Below are positions 12,100 through 24,672 of a DNA stretch of 63,358 bases, one piece after another. Under the pieces are notes generated by a model. The model saw only the letters and a list, made by a program, of their open reading frames with translations, ran no database searches and had not been told where the DNA came from. This DNA comes from Octopus bimaculoides (lineage: Eukaryota), in assembly GCF_001194135.2 (NCBI RefSeq), contig NC_068983.1:142416195-142479552 (forward strand), in the 5' to 3' direction. Made by a program: the position numbers and the translations under genes. The stretch's first letter is position 1; every line of letters starts with the position of its first letter.

Positions 12100-12385
12100 T
12101 GCAGATATTTTAGATGCTCACTACTGCGCAGATGATACAAACTTCCATTCCTGCCCAACATTGTACAATTGTTTTACTATCACACCAAATATTAACCATG
12201 AATAGAGATCTCGAAAACATCCACAGATGGAGTTATCCCAATCTGATCTTCTTCAACGATACAAAGAAATACAAACACAGCAAGAAAACATTATCAGATC
12301 TATTCATACGTATGAGCAGCACACAACTAACATCCTCAAAATCAGTATGTATCCTAGACCTCGCCTTCACAGAGGATCTATATCG
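12100..12385 (+). mobile_element. L2/CR1-group LINE RT remnant
   Basis: CADDTNFHS (YADD box) followed by NRDLENIHRWSYPNLIFFNDTK and CILDLAFTEDL. Confidence 0.65.
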
Positions 12386-13689
12386 ATAGATAGATAGATA
12401 GATAGATAGATAACAGAAAAGAGCGACGTTCTTTATTTAAATAAGCTATGACAGAAGACATTTGACCAACGAACTGAACCCAGGACCGTGCAGTTATGAA
12501 GCAAATTCCTTAACCTCATTGCTATGTCTGCACCAAACAAAATCTTGTTTTCAGATCTCGCTTTCAAATGGAAAGTTATTACATGTACTCATGCATGCAC
12601 GAAAATTGTTATACACACACATACATGAATCATATGTAAATATTTATCGATTTACACATATTCACATAATTATGCTTAAATTATTCTCTTATGCGCTTAA
12701 AAAATAGTGTTACCTGATATGAGAAATAGATTAAAGTTTTGAGTTTTATATTACATTTAAAAAAATAATAATATCTGATAAAATAATTTGTAATGAATAT
12801 TGAACAAATAATTATTTCGAACAATGTACCTTACAAATTCAAATAATTATGATAACCTGGACAAATATTTTAAAAGCAACACAACGAAACTCATCCTAAG
12901 TAAATATCACTCACTCTTGTTCCAAATTGACGCCTTTATCAATAGAGAGCGGCAGACCGACAGCCGAAAGTCTATACATAACAAACCTTGCAAAGGTGTT
13001 ATATACACATGTTATTCTCTATGGCAGAAACCACTATTATAATATTCATTGATTTTATATATTTATATTTTAGACATGTATTTTACTATTTCCTAGGCAT
13101 AGAGAAGAAAAGGCGATTCACTGAAGTGGAAAAGGTGGTGATAATGATATCAATAACAATAATAAGAGTGAAGACAGCGAGGGAAATCTTTTACAAAACG
13201 AAAATTTTTACGTCTCTATTACGTCTCTATTTCGTTAGCTTGAAGGCGTAAATTTGTAGGCCTAGTATTCTCTGCGGGATTGACAGCATAACTCAAAGGA
13301 TAGACAACGTAACAAAATGTTCACCATCTACCAATGATGGACTGGAAAAATGGAGGAATTGAATTATTTTTGACAAGACACAAAGCTAGTTTGTAAGGGC
13401 TAGTAATATTGTCGTTGGATTTTATCAGGTTTAGCAGAAACTGCAAAGACAAGAAACCTCCATCTTTAACTCGAAACAAATAACAAACATTGTTAAGGGA
13501 AGGAATAGAGATACGTGGACTGTAGAATATGATCTGTATTCATCCCTCAGAATATTTCCTGAGGGATGAATGAATGTTAAATTCGATGTCAGCTAAAACT
13601 AAAATTCAAATACAGTACTTTACTAGGCGAACATCCTACATTTTCTGCCAAATAGCTGCCTTTTTCATTACGATGGGAATTTATATAAT

Positions 13690-13834
13690 TGGCAAACGGT
13701 TTATTGCTTTCCAACCACGTGGTTCTGTGTTCAGTCCCACTGCGTGGCACCTTAGGTAAATATCCTGTACTATAACCCAGGGAAGATTAAAGCCTTGTAA
13801 GTGGACTTGGTAGACGGAAACAGAGAGCCTGTCG

Positions 13835-13898
<64 letters not shown>

Positions 13899-14108
13899 TT
13901 TGTGTGTGCTATGTTTGCTCCCACTACCGATTGAAAACTAGTGTTGCTCTGTTTGCTTTCCCGTAACTTAGCGGATCGGCATAAAAAAACGATAGAGTAA
14001 ATGCCAAGCTTTAAAAATAAGTTTTGTGCTGATTTGTTCGACTAAACCCTACAAGCCGGTGCCCCAGCATGACGCAGACCAACGACTGTAACAAGTAAAA
14101 GCTAAAAA
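13690..14108 (+). mobile_element. SINE family A, diverged near-full copy with internal (TG)n
   Basis: B-box-like GGTTCTGTGTTCAGTCCCACTGCGTGGCACC, central (TG)n and 3' AACAAGTAAAAG; collinear with 52898-52501. Confidence 0.85.
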
Positions 14109-14579
14109 TTACCTCTAGTATATGCCTGGTACATATTTTATCAATTCCAGAAGAAACAAAGACAAAGTCGACTCATTCAGTATTTGAATTCAAAAAATGA
14201 TGACAGACTAAATATTTTAGTCGCAAACGTTTCCGCCATCCTACTGTCATTGTTCTATCTAACATATTAATCACCATAGATATTGCCAGTTACTTACCTA
14301 CTTACCTCAACGTTTCCGCCATTATTTTTCTATTCTATACCATTATAATGTTCATTACCTGAATCGCAAAAAGGTAAATTTCATTAATAAATTTGTATAA
14401 GCTTTTCATTGAGATTAATATTTTTTTCCATACATTAAAGATATTCGGCGCTATCTCAACTGTTGTTGTTGTTATTAACATTATTATCACCGCTATCATT
14501 AATCTGTAAACTTACCGTTTCAATGAATTTCTTTTTTCATTTTATTTTCCTCGAGGAAATAGTAAAATAAGTGGTAGCC

Positions 14580-14618
<39 letters not shown>

Positions 14619-15197
14619 CAATGAATATTATAATAGTGATCGTTGCTATGCAGAATAAACTGTGTATATAACTAACTCTCTTTGCAATTTTGCTTATGAA
14701 TACATTTTTGGATGTCGGTCCGCCGATACTCATTCATAATGGCGTCAATTGGGAACAATTTAGTTTTACGTGATAATGAGAATATGTATGATGAGTATCT
14801 TTGGATTGCTTCTAAAATATCATAACTATTCGTATTTACAAGGCCCATTGTTTGAGAGCCACGATAATTATATTTTATTTATTTATTTATTTATGTGTTT
14901 CAGTGTAATGAGAGATTTGAAAATGTGGAACCATTTCTGATAACAGATAGAGATATCTTTTTAAGCACGTAAGTAGATAAGCATAATAATGCAAATATAT
15001 GTAAATTTATACATATTTACATATGATTCACATATGTGTGTATCCATAACCATTTGCATGCATGAGTACATGTAACAGCTTTTCGTTCAAAAATACAATT
15101 CTAAAAAACAAGACTCTGTTAGACGCAAACGTAGCTGTGTAGTTATGAATTTTGCTTCATAAGTGCATGGTTTCGGGTTCAATTCCATTGTGTGCTC

Positions 15198-15385
15198 CCA
15201 TATATAGCTAGCCAACTTGGTGACTTTACTTTTGTCGATGTGTCGAAAAGAAGATAGAAGGTTTCTGTAAGCTCTTTTGAATTCGCCTTCGCACAACCCG
15301 ATATAATTTTTCTTTTCGATTAGGTTATTGAGAAGCGTTGATGTAACTTCTGCTTCATTTACGAGGGAATCTATAAATACTATAA
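15198..15385 (-). mobile_element. Penelope-like element GIY-YIG endonuclease remnant
   Basis: EAEVTS...NYIGLCEGEFKRAYRNLLSSFRHIDKSKVTKLASYIW matches the PLE YIGxTxxxFKxRYxNHxSSF...TxLSxYIW pattern. Confidence 0.78.
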
Positions 15386-16597
15386 TATGCACCTGGTCAG
15401 AAGGGCAAGCTTCAGGGTCTCAACAGTGAGAGTGAGCACTTGGTGATGTTTACGACTGCTCGGTATATAATATTTCAATCGAGCGTCTATTAAAAATCTT
15501 CCTATAGTTATGATTTACTGAGAAATGCTTATGTAAAGGAGACAGGAATTAATTTCTTATCTGAAATATAAATTTCTATGTGAGTGTGTATGTATACACC
15601 CACCTTCTTCCTAAATATTATAACTAACGTAGGCAAAAAGTTCCTCCGACTTTTTACAGTGAAAATGTGTTCTGAATAAATTTAAAAGGTGTGTCCTTTT
15701 TCTCTTCTTTGCTTACGTGTGTGTGTATGTGTGTATGTGTGTGTGTGTTTGTGTTTGTATGTGCGTGCGTGCGTGCGTGAATGTATGTATGTATATATTT
15801 GTATGAATTTATAGGTATTCATAAAAAACGTAATATCTTTCTCCATGATTACGGGGCGTAGACTTGCTATCGATAACACGCTATCACATTTACTCGATCA
15901 TTTGTTACCTTTTGCCTATCATAATCGATCTTCCAGCTTTTCTGAGTGCTTTCTTATCCACCTGCCTGTCTTCACTTGGGTATCTCACTATCTATCTAGC
16001 TAGTTACCTGTCTATCTCTTTGTCTATCTAACTGTCTGTCTATCTATCAAGTAACAAATATATATATATATATATATATATANNNNNNNNNNNNNNNNNN
16101 NNNNNNNNNNNNNNNNNNNNNNNNNNNNNNNNNNNNNNNNNNNNNNNNNNNNNNNNNNNNNNNNNNNNNNTTAGGGAATATCAAAATCCGAACTTACAAG
16201 GATATTCAATTTAATATCAAATTGAATTTTATAATGAAAAATATGTTAATAATTTAGAGAAGAACCAACAAGTTGAATCCAAACAATGAAGAAGATCAGA
16301 CACCATCAAGAAAAACGTACTCTTCAAAATACAGATTTAAAAAACTATAAAATCCAAAAGAAAATTTATAATCCATAAAATCTATAAAATATTAGATTAA
16401 AAATTTAATTCAGTTTAGTACATTTATAACGAGACGATGAGCGTGTCTACATGTGTTTACTTTGCTTGATGTACTAGAACTACTAGCCGAAATTTCAAAT
16501 CACATCCTTCCGCGTTGTTCTTAAAAGAGAAACATTGATTGACTGGATTTTAGATAAGCTATGATCCCCCTAGCGTTTTATATATATACATATTATA

Positions 16598-17440
16598 CTA
16601 GCAGTAATACCCGTCGTTGATCGAGTAATTACTTTTACTGTTTCTCGGACCGAGAATTTAGAAAAATGAATATATCATATAGAAGAATAGCTTTACGGAA
16701 TCCAATTGACTGCGATGGCACTGAAAAGGCTGCAAGTGGAACATCACTATTCATACAGAAAAAAGCATTGCACGTCGTATGTTTGTTTGGTGTTCGTTTT
16801 TTGATAGTCTTTTTTTTAAGTAGACATATTTTTGATTAGGTAAGAGTGAAATGAAATTATAAATGCTGTGTTAGTGCACAATTAGTGTTGTACCATTGCA
16901 TAATTGTTGTTGAGACAAATTAGGCAATAGCATAATAGGAGATATAGAAAAAGCATTCCACGTTGTGCATTTGTTTGGTGTTCGTTTTTTGACGGTCTTT
17001 TTGTAGTAGACATTTTTTTTTATTAGGAATATCAGTAAGTAATAGTGAAATGAAATTACAAATGCTGTGTCCTGCCAGTGTTAATGCTGAAATTCCAACG
17101 CTATATTACAAGGCAACAGTAAGTAATAGTCCAATGAAATTATAAATGCTGTGTCCTGTCAGTCAGATTTAGGTTAACTCGTCCTGTATGTGTGTATTAT
17201 ATACGAGAAAAACATGTAATAATTGAAGTTGAAAAAAGATGGATTTCATATACGAACTTCTAGCAACTTTTAGCGTTTGGTCCTGACTTTTATTAATGCT
17301 CATGGCAAAAGTAAGTGGGATAGGAAACTGTAAGGACTTAAATTTGAATGGGACATTAGATGGTATAACTGGTATGCGAGGAACGAAGACGGTGTCACGT
17401 TTACCACAACCAGTGAGAATATTTGCCTCAATGCAGGTCG
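16598..17440 (-). mobile_element. Helitron 3' fragment (PIF1-like helicase C-terminus, hairpin, CTAG end)
   Basis: VPRIPVIPSNVPFKFKSLQFPIPLTFAMSINKSQDQTLKV is the helicase motif. The minus-strand end ACTCGATCAACGACGGGTATTACTGCTAG|T is a degenerate hairpin plus CTAG. Confidence 0.88.
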
Positions 17441-17749
17441 TCATAGGTTTGTGCATGGCCGCAATCAAATGACTGAAACAAGTAAAAGAATAAAAGAATA
17501 TATGAGTGTGTGTACATATATATATATGCATCACAAAGACATTGCACTATTATTATTCAAACACTCGTACACAGGATATAGATAGCCATATACATATATA
17601 CATATATAATATCGATGCAGTCATAGATGCACGTACTGACGATGACCAGTGTGGGCTAGAATTACCAGATAGCCAAATGAGTTGGGGTAGCGTTTGAGGG
17701 TTGCAAGCAAGATAGAGTCTTTAGACAATAGAAGTTTATAGGAACACAG

Positions 17750-17998
17750 ACACACCAATATCGGCTGTCAAGCAGTGGTGGAGGGAGGGCAAACATAAAA
17801 CGCACAGGGAGATACACATAGACACACACATCTATATTGTTTAGCAGGATTCTTTCAGTTTCCGTCTACCAAATCCACTTGCATATCTTTGGGCTGTCCG
17901 GGGATAAAGTAGAAGATACCTGTCATGCAGTGGGACTGATCAGAAGCTCACATAGTTGGGAAGCAAGCTTCTCGATCACACAGCTATACCTGCGTCTG
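17750..17998 (-). mobile_element. SINE family A, diverged 5' half
   Basis: TTTCAGTTTCCGTCTACCAAATCCACT...GCAGTGGGACTGA...CACACAGCTATACCTGCG is collinear with 52650-52898. Confidence 0.8.
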
Positions 17999-18274
17999 TT
18001 GATTACAAAAGCAAAACCACATTTTGAACTTCAGAACTGTCTTGCATATTTTCACTGTTCTTGCATATATACATATAATATGAGAAGTCTTTAAGAAAGT
18101 GCCCAGCATTCCGAATTATCACTCTCCACATCAGCACCTCAGCCATCACAGTTATCCAGTAATTAACACCAGAGATTGAATATCGCTTCTCCTCCCGATT
18201 ACGGGAAAAGTTGAACTTAACACTTAGTAAGTACTTGGTCAGAAATTGGATGGACTGGAAGGTGCTACTCAGTC

Positions 18275-18435
18275 ACATCGCTCCCAGTACTCGACTGGTA
18301 CTTATTTTCATATATCCTGAAAGGATCAAATGCAAAGTCGATCTCGAGAGAATTTGAAATCAGAACGTAAGACCGGATAAATACCGCTAAGCGTTTCATT
18401 AAGTACGCTAACGGTTCTGCTTGCTCATCGCCTTT
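18275..18435 (-). mobile_element. SINE family B, diverged
   Basis: GAATTTGAAATCAGAACGTAAG...AAATACCGCTAAGC matches the copies at 49520-49738 and 61525-61724. Confidence 0.75.
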
Positions 18436-18499
18436 GAACAAAACATTAATAACATTTACCAGTTTTCAGTTTTCTGAAGCAAACTGGCACAACTTAGAA

Positions 18500-18867
18500 C
18501 AGTGGTTCTTAGCCTTTATTATTTTTCAGCGACCCCCTCTGAAGTAGTTGTTATACCTAGAGACCACTTAAATGGCGAGTGAATTATTGCGGCTAAATGG
18601 GTTTTAACTTATGAATTTTACACTAGAAATGGATTGTATAAGCTTTTAACAATGAAATGATACAAAATTAATAAAGACAAAAGTAAATTTACTTTATACA
18701 GTGCTTGATGAGATCTCATTTTATTTTAATAACCATTACTAGTTTTATCATGTAAAATATAATTACTGCTGCAGAATGTTAATTATGTTACCTCACCTCC
18801 CCCTAAAGCCTTCGATATGCTCAGCGACCCTTGGTAGGGGGCGTATTATCCACGTTGAGAAACTCTG
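18500..18867. mobile_element. hAT (Charlie-type) MITE
   Basis: Ends CAGTGGTTCTTAGCCT ... CGTTGAGAAACTCTG form imperfect TIRs. Flanks ACTTAGAA / ACTTGAAG look like a degenerate 8-bp TSD. Confidence 0.6.
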
Positions 18868-19476
18868 ACTTGAAGCATTGAGTAGTTTCTACCTTGTGAT
18901 CAATGCCGTATTAAGTTATGGATGTAATGATTAACTGCTCAGGCCCTACATGTCTAAGGGCTTAACGTTTATCTCTGGACGCTGTTTGAAAATGGAGGGT
19001 CCCCAGAGCAACGCCTTACCCGGTGAGGGTCTTATAATACTGCTAAGACAACCTATTTACATTTAAGTGGACTGATGTTATCTCAGAGTTAAAGTGCCTT
19101 GACAGCGGACACAAAGCGAGGTTGGTGGTTCGACTAGATGTAACTTTCACAGACAAGATCAAAGGTAAAAATAGATTTGTTTTGTTTTAGTTTCTCAGAA
19201 AATGTACAGAGTAAACAGAAAAGCTTGAGTTGTGGGTATTATGATAAGGTTAGGTGTGTCAATACATAAGGAGGATCAATCAATGCGGGTGTCAAAAGGT
19301 TAATAGTGTCAATAAGTTATGAGTCTGGAAACATGACGTGTTCGTCGCGATAGTTGTGGGAATGTTGTAGGAGTGAGAATTTATGTCAGTAATGGTTGGG
19401 GAGGGTTAACAGCGGCGGCGATGCTAATGGTGGGGGTAGTTATTTAGCACCAGCCCAGCCCTGATTGTTCCTACAA

Positions 19477-20745
19477 CACTGGTCAAGAACCAAAATACTT
19501 CTGAGACCAGAGAAGCAATTTCCAACTGATAATGAATATCATAGTTAAAACTGTTGGGTGGCTCTATTTTCAAGATACACGTATGAGTCACAACAGGTTC
19601 CAACAGGATTGCGGCAGTGTGTTTCTTAACACACAATCCCACTGCCTTTCAGTATTTTTCAAGCAGTTATAGGAGGTGGTTGTGCTGTGCAAGTTTATAT
19701 ACTGCTATAAAAGGTCGGTGATTTTCTTAGTCAACCACTTTTAAAACTTATAATAAATATTCATTAAGCAAGCTATTGGTATGTATGAGGCATTTTATAT
19801 TAATTTTATTTTCCTACCGTATTATATAAATACTTCTGCTAAGTTGTCATGTTCTGTATTATAATGATGAATTTATGAATGAATTTTCTGTTTATCTTCT
19901 AATTGTTTGTTGTTTTCTTCTTTCAGATGTCTCGCACTTGGTGTGAATGAAGCAGACAACTACTACATTTGTGGCGAGGCGACCATTGCATCACAGAAGC
20001 GCCGTATAACTGCTATGGTTTTCAGGCATATCACCTATATTTCGGATGCAAGATTGGCGACCAGAATAAGAAGTGGGCTGCTCACATACGTTACAACACT
20101 TGTGCTATTAACCTTCGCCAATGGTTGAGCAGAAAGAGGAAAGGAATGCCTTTTGCCCTGCCAATGACATGGCAGGAGCCAACAGACCATACCAACAATT
20201 GTTATTTCTGCCCGATACCCCCAGTAAAAAAAAAGGGCTAATCAAAGAAGAAAAAGGAGTCCATTGAATATCCAAAACATTCCGTCCGCTATTCGTCCAT
20301 TTACACATGGAGAAGATCTACCTTTTCCTGACGCACCAACTTCGGTATCTTATGAGTAAGAAGAAAGTAGTGAGGAGGAAGCAGAAACGGATGATAATGC
20401 TGGATTATAGAGTGACCCAAATTTTGGTGAAGTATACTCCTCTCCTCTAGACGACATCTCATAACACAAGGATAAATTCATGATCTTGCCATAGATCAAC
20501 AACTGCCTAAGAATAAAATAGAGCTGCTAGGTTCTCCTCTTCAACAGTGGAATGTCCTAGCAGCTAATGTGAAGAGTTCAAAATTTTTCTCCATCAGCAG
20601 CAGTTCAGCAGCTTTTACATAATGGAAGGCGATTTATTGGCATGCAGCAATATTAATGATCTGATGGAAGCACTTGGTATTGAATACGAATCCAGTCACT
20701 GGAGACTATTCATGGATTCTATTCATGGAGACTATTTATGGATTC
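19477..20745 (+). mobile_element. Chapaev3-like (CMC superfamily) transposon 5' half; decayed transposase from ATG 19927
   Basis: YICGE...YHLYFGCKIGDQNKKWAAH...NTC...LPMTWQEPTDHTNNCYFC (Chapa zinc finger), YPNIPSAIRP, then MEGDLLAC...WRLFMDS. The 5' boundary (CACTGG at 19477) is tentative. Confidence 0.72.
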
Positions 20746-20759
20746 ACACGAGTCAGGCG

Positions 20760-21029
20760 TGTGTGAACGATGTAGAGAGAACGTCCGCTACGAATGATAT
20801 TTTTTGACACAGGGCACCTCTAAGACGACCGCCGGATGCTGAACAAAAATAAATGAAATGCGACCAGGCTCAATAAAAGGAGCCCGAGTTATTGGCTGCA
20901 ATTACATACTTGAAGTCAGTGTTGGCAGAAATTAAATCAGCCACTGATATATATATCTCCATTTTTATCTCGTTGTTTACGTATTTCTTATTGTTTGAGC
21001 CGTTGGTGATGTCTTGTACCCATATATGC
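20760..21029. repeat. Unclassified interspersed repeat, possibly a Penelope LTR piece
   Basis: Ends in GTGATGTCTTGTACCCATATATGC, shared with 58054-58077. Confidence 0.4.
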
Positions 21030-21667
21030 ATGTGTGCATATATGCATACATACATACATACACACATACATACATACATATATATANNNNNNNNNNNNNN
21101 NNNNNNNNNNNNNNNNNNNNNNNNNNNNNNNNNNNNNNNNNNNNNNNNNNNNNNNNNNNNNNNNNNNNNNNNNNNNNNNNNNNNNNNNNNNNNNNNNNNN
21201 NNNNNNNNNNNNNNNNNNNNNNNNNNNNNNNNNNNNNNNNNNNNNNNNNNNNNNNNNNNNNNNNNNNNNNNNNNNNNNNNNNNNNNNNNNNNNNNNNNNN
21301 NNNNNNNNNNNNNNNNNNNNNNNNNNNNNNNNNNNNNNNNNNNNNNNNNNNNNNNNNNNNNNNNNNNNNNNNNNNNNNNNNNNNNNNNNNNNNNNNNNNN
21401 NNNNNNNNNNNNNNNNNNNNNNNNNNNNNNNNNNNNNNNNNNNATATATATATATATATATAGATAGATAGATATATATGTTACAACAATATTATTTTAA
21501 AGCAATTTGAAGAATAACAACTAAGCGTTTACTGATGCTTTGACTATACTAAGAGAGCAATCAAATTTATTGTGAATGCCCAGTCAACACCATATTCACA
21601 ATCAATACATGTGTATGCATATGTACGTATGTATACGTATCTAAATGCGTATTTGTATGTATGTATG

Positions 21668-21701
<34 letters not shown>

Positions 21702-22011
21702 TGCATGCATGTATGTATGTATGCATGTATGTATGTACAAACTCAAGGCAGACCTTGAAGAGAGGAAGTATGTCATTGTTGATGTCATGAATGGCGCAGA
21801 ATAGATTTTGACAAACAAGAAACTGATTGATTGTTTAAGTAACACATTAAATAAACGATTGATTAGTTAGTTAGTTAGATATTTAAGCGATTGACTAACT
21901 ATAAAGAAGTGTGTTCTTTATCATTGGCGTAATGACTGCCTAAGACACAGGATTTGTTCCAACACACGGATTCATATCAGGAATCTTGCAATCCAAATCC
22001 AAAAACTTTTA

Positions 22012-22410
22012 CCTCTTCTTTCAGTCATTAGACTGCGTCCATACAGGGGGCAGCACCCTGAAGAATTTTACTCAAGCGAATCGATCCCAGTACATTTTTA
22101 TTTTAATGCCTGGTACTTATTGTATCGCCCCTTTTTGCCGAACCGCTAGTTACGGGAACACAAACACACAAAGATCGATTGTCAATCAGTAGTGGGAAGA
22201 CAAACAGATTCGTACACACACACACACACACACACANNNNNNNNNNNNNNNNNNNNNNNNNNNNNNNNNNNNNNNNNNNNNNNNNNNNNNNNNNNNNNNN
22301 NNNNNNNNNNNNNNNNNNNNNNNNNNNNNNNNNNNNNNNNNNNNNNNNNNNNNNNNNNNNNNNNNNNNNNNNNNNNNNNNNNNNNNNNNNNNNNNNNNNN
22401 NNNNNNNNNN

Positions 22411-22456
<46 letters not shown>

Positions 22457-22600
22457 CCGAAGTCTACAGTATTATATGACCATCACAGCTGATCTTACCA
22501 ATAGTTTTCGCACTAGGGGTACAACAGAGTGGTTAGTAGAAGACACTTGCCCAAGGTATCCCGCAGTTTGACTGAACCTGGAACCATGTGGTTATGAAGC
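22012..22600 (-). mobile_element. SINE family A, diverged, spanning a gap
   Basis: 3' domain TTTTTGCCGAACCGCTAGTTACGGG lies before the gap; AGAAGACACTTGCCCAAGG...GAACCTGGAACCATGTGGTT lies after it. Confidence 0.75.
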
Positions 22601-22613
22601 ACGCCTACGACTA

Positions 22614-22658
<45 letters not shown>

Positions 22659-22799
22659 ATATACACACAAACGTATATACACACACATATATACACACAC
22701 ACATATACACGCATACACACATATACACATACATATATACACACATACATATATACACACATACATATACACACACACGAATTTAAATAAATGACCTTT

Positions 22800-23478
22800 A
22801 TATACTGCAAAGGGAAAATATTTGCTGATGACACTAAGCTCCAGCAAAGTATCAATGAAGAAGAAGACCGAACCCAACTCCAGTCTGATATATATGCTGT
22901 GAGTCAATTGGCAGATAAAAACAAAATGAAACTGAATGACGGATGCATTTTGTAAGGAAGTCCATACTAAAACAGCCATACTCTCTTCCTTCAGAGGCAC
23001 TGCTCACGGCATCCAATAATATCAGAGATCTGGGTGTAACTGTTGACAACAATCTCAATTGGAGTGGCCACATCAACAATAAGGTCAATATAGCTCGTAG
23101 GATGAGCTCCTGGATCTTAAGAACCTTCCGGTCCAGAGAACAAGGTGTCATCATTCCACTTTCCTCCTCCTTTGTCCGGCCACACCTTGAATACTGCTGC
23201 CCCTTGTGGTCTCCCCATACAAAACAAAACATCTCGAAGATTGAATCACCCCAGAGGGCACTCACCAAACGAACTGAAGGCATGACTGATCTTGATTGCT
23301 GGGACCGCCTTAAAGCTTTGAAGCTCTACTCTCTCCAGCGCCGCTGCGAGCGGTACATCATTCGTACGATGTGGAAAATATACCGCCAGCATTGCCCAAA
23401 CGACCTGAACATTAGCTTCAAGGTTCATCCAAGGCTGGGACCACGAGCCATACGTCCCCTGCCCAATTCAGGATCACA
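22800..23478 (+). mobile_element. CR1-like LINE ORF2 3' fragment
   Basis: KIFADDTKL...IRDLGVTVDNNLNWSGHIN...FVRPHLEYCCPLWSP...RLKALKLYSLQRR. Confidence 0.92.
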
Positions 23479-24637
23479 NNNNNNNNNNNNNNNNNNNNNN
23501 NNNNNNNNNNNNNNNNNNNNNNNNNNNNNNNNNNNNNNNNNNNNNNNNNNNNNNNNNNNNNNNNNNNNNNNNNNNNNNNNNNNNNNNNNNNNNNNNNNNN
23601 NNNNNNNNNNNNNNNNNNNNNNNNNNNNNNNNNNNNNNNNNNNNNNNNNNNNNNNNNNNNNNNNNNNNNNNNNNNNNNNNNNNNNNNNNNNNNNNNNNNN
23701 NNNNNNNNNNNNNNNNNNNNNNNNNNNNNNNNNNNNNNNNNNNNNNNNNNNNNNNNNNNNNNNNNNNNNNNNNNNNNNNNNNNNNNNNNNNNNNNNNNNN
23801 NNNNNNNNNNNNNNNNNNNNNNNNNNNNNNNNNNNNNNNNNNNNNNNNNNNNNNNNNNNNNNNNNNNNNNNNNNNNNNNNNNNNNNNNNNNNNNNNNNNN
23901 NNNNNNNNNNNNNNNNNNNNNNNNNNNNNNNNNNNNNNNNNNNNNNNNNNNNNNNNNNNNNNNNNNNNNNNNNNNNNNNNNNNNNNNNNNNNNNNNNNNN
24001 NNNNNNNNNNNNNNNNNNNNNNNNNNNNNNNNNNNNNNNNNNNNNNNNNNNNNNNNNNNNNNNNNNNNNNNNNNNNNNNNNNNNNNNNNNNNNNNNNNNN
24101 NNNNNNNNNNNNNNNNNNNNNNNNNNNNNNNNNNNNNNNNNNNNNNNNNNNNNNNNNNNNNNNNNNNNNNNNNNNNNNNNNNNNNNNNNNNNNNNNNNNN
24201 NNNNNNNNNNNNNNNNNNNNNNNNNNNNNNNNNNNNNNNNNNNNNNNNNNNNNNNNNNNNNNNNNNNNNNNNNNNNNNNNNNNNNNNNNNNNNNNNNNNN
24301 NNNNNNNNNNNNNNNNNNNNNNNNNNNNNNNNNNNNNNNNNNNNNNNNNNNNNNNNNNNNNNNNNNNNNNAGAGAGAGAGAGAGAGAGTCTCATAAAAAC
24401 AGAATGTCATCTGAAGAAAATGGATCGCGTGTCTTACAGATGTTCTCTCTATCTCTCTCTCTCTCTTCACTCTCCATCTCTCTTTCTCTCATGTCAAATT
24501 AAAAAGAAAAAAAAAGAAAATATAATATATTGAAAGAAACAGCTAGACGTGACGTGAAGTCACTCCATTGTTATTGTTCTCATATTTCATTTACGTTGTT
24601 ATTTGGCCTTCATTGTATTATTATTTAGAGATTATTA

Positions 24638-24672
<35 letters not shown>

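Noticed and set aside
16285-16325. ATGAAGAAGATC...AAGAAAAACGTA as a decayed hammerhead
   Set aside because: Core mismatches in very A-rich sequence; chance is likely.
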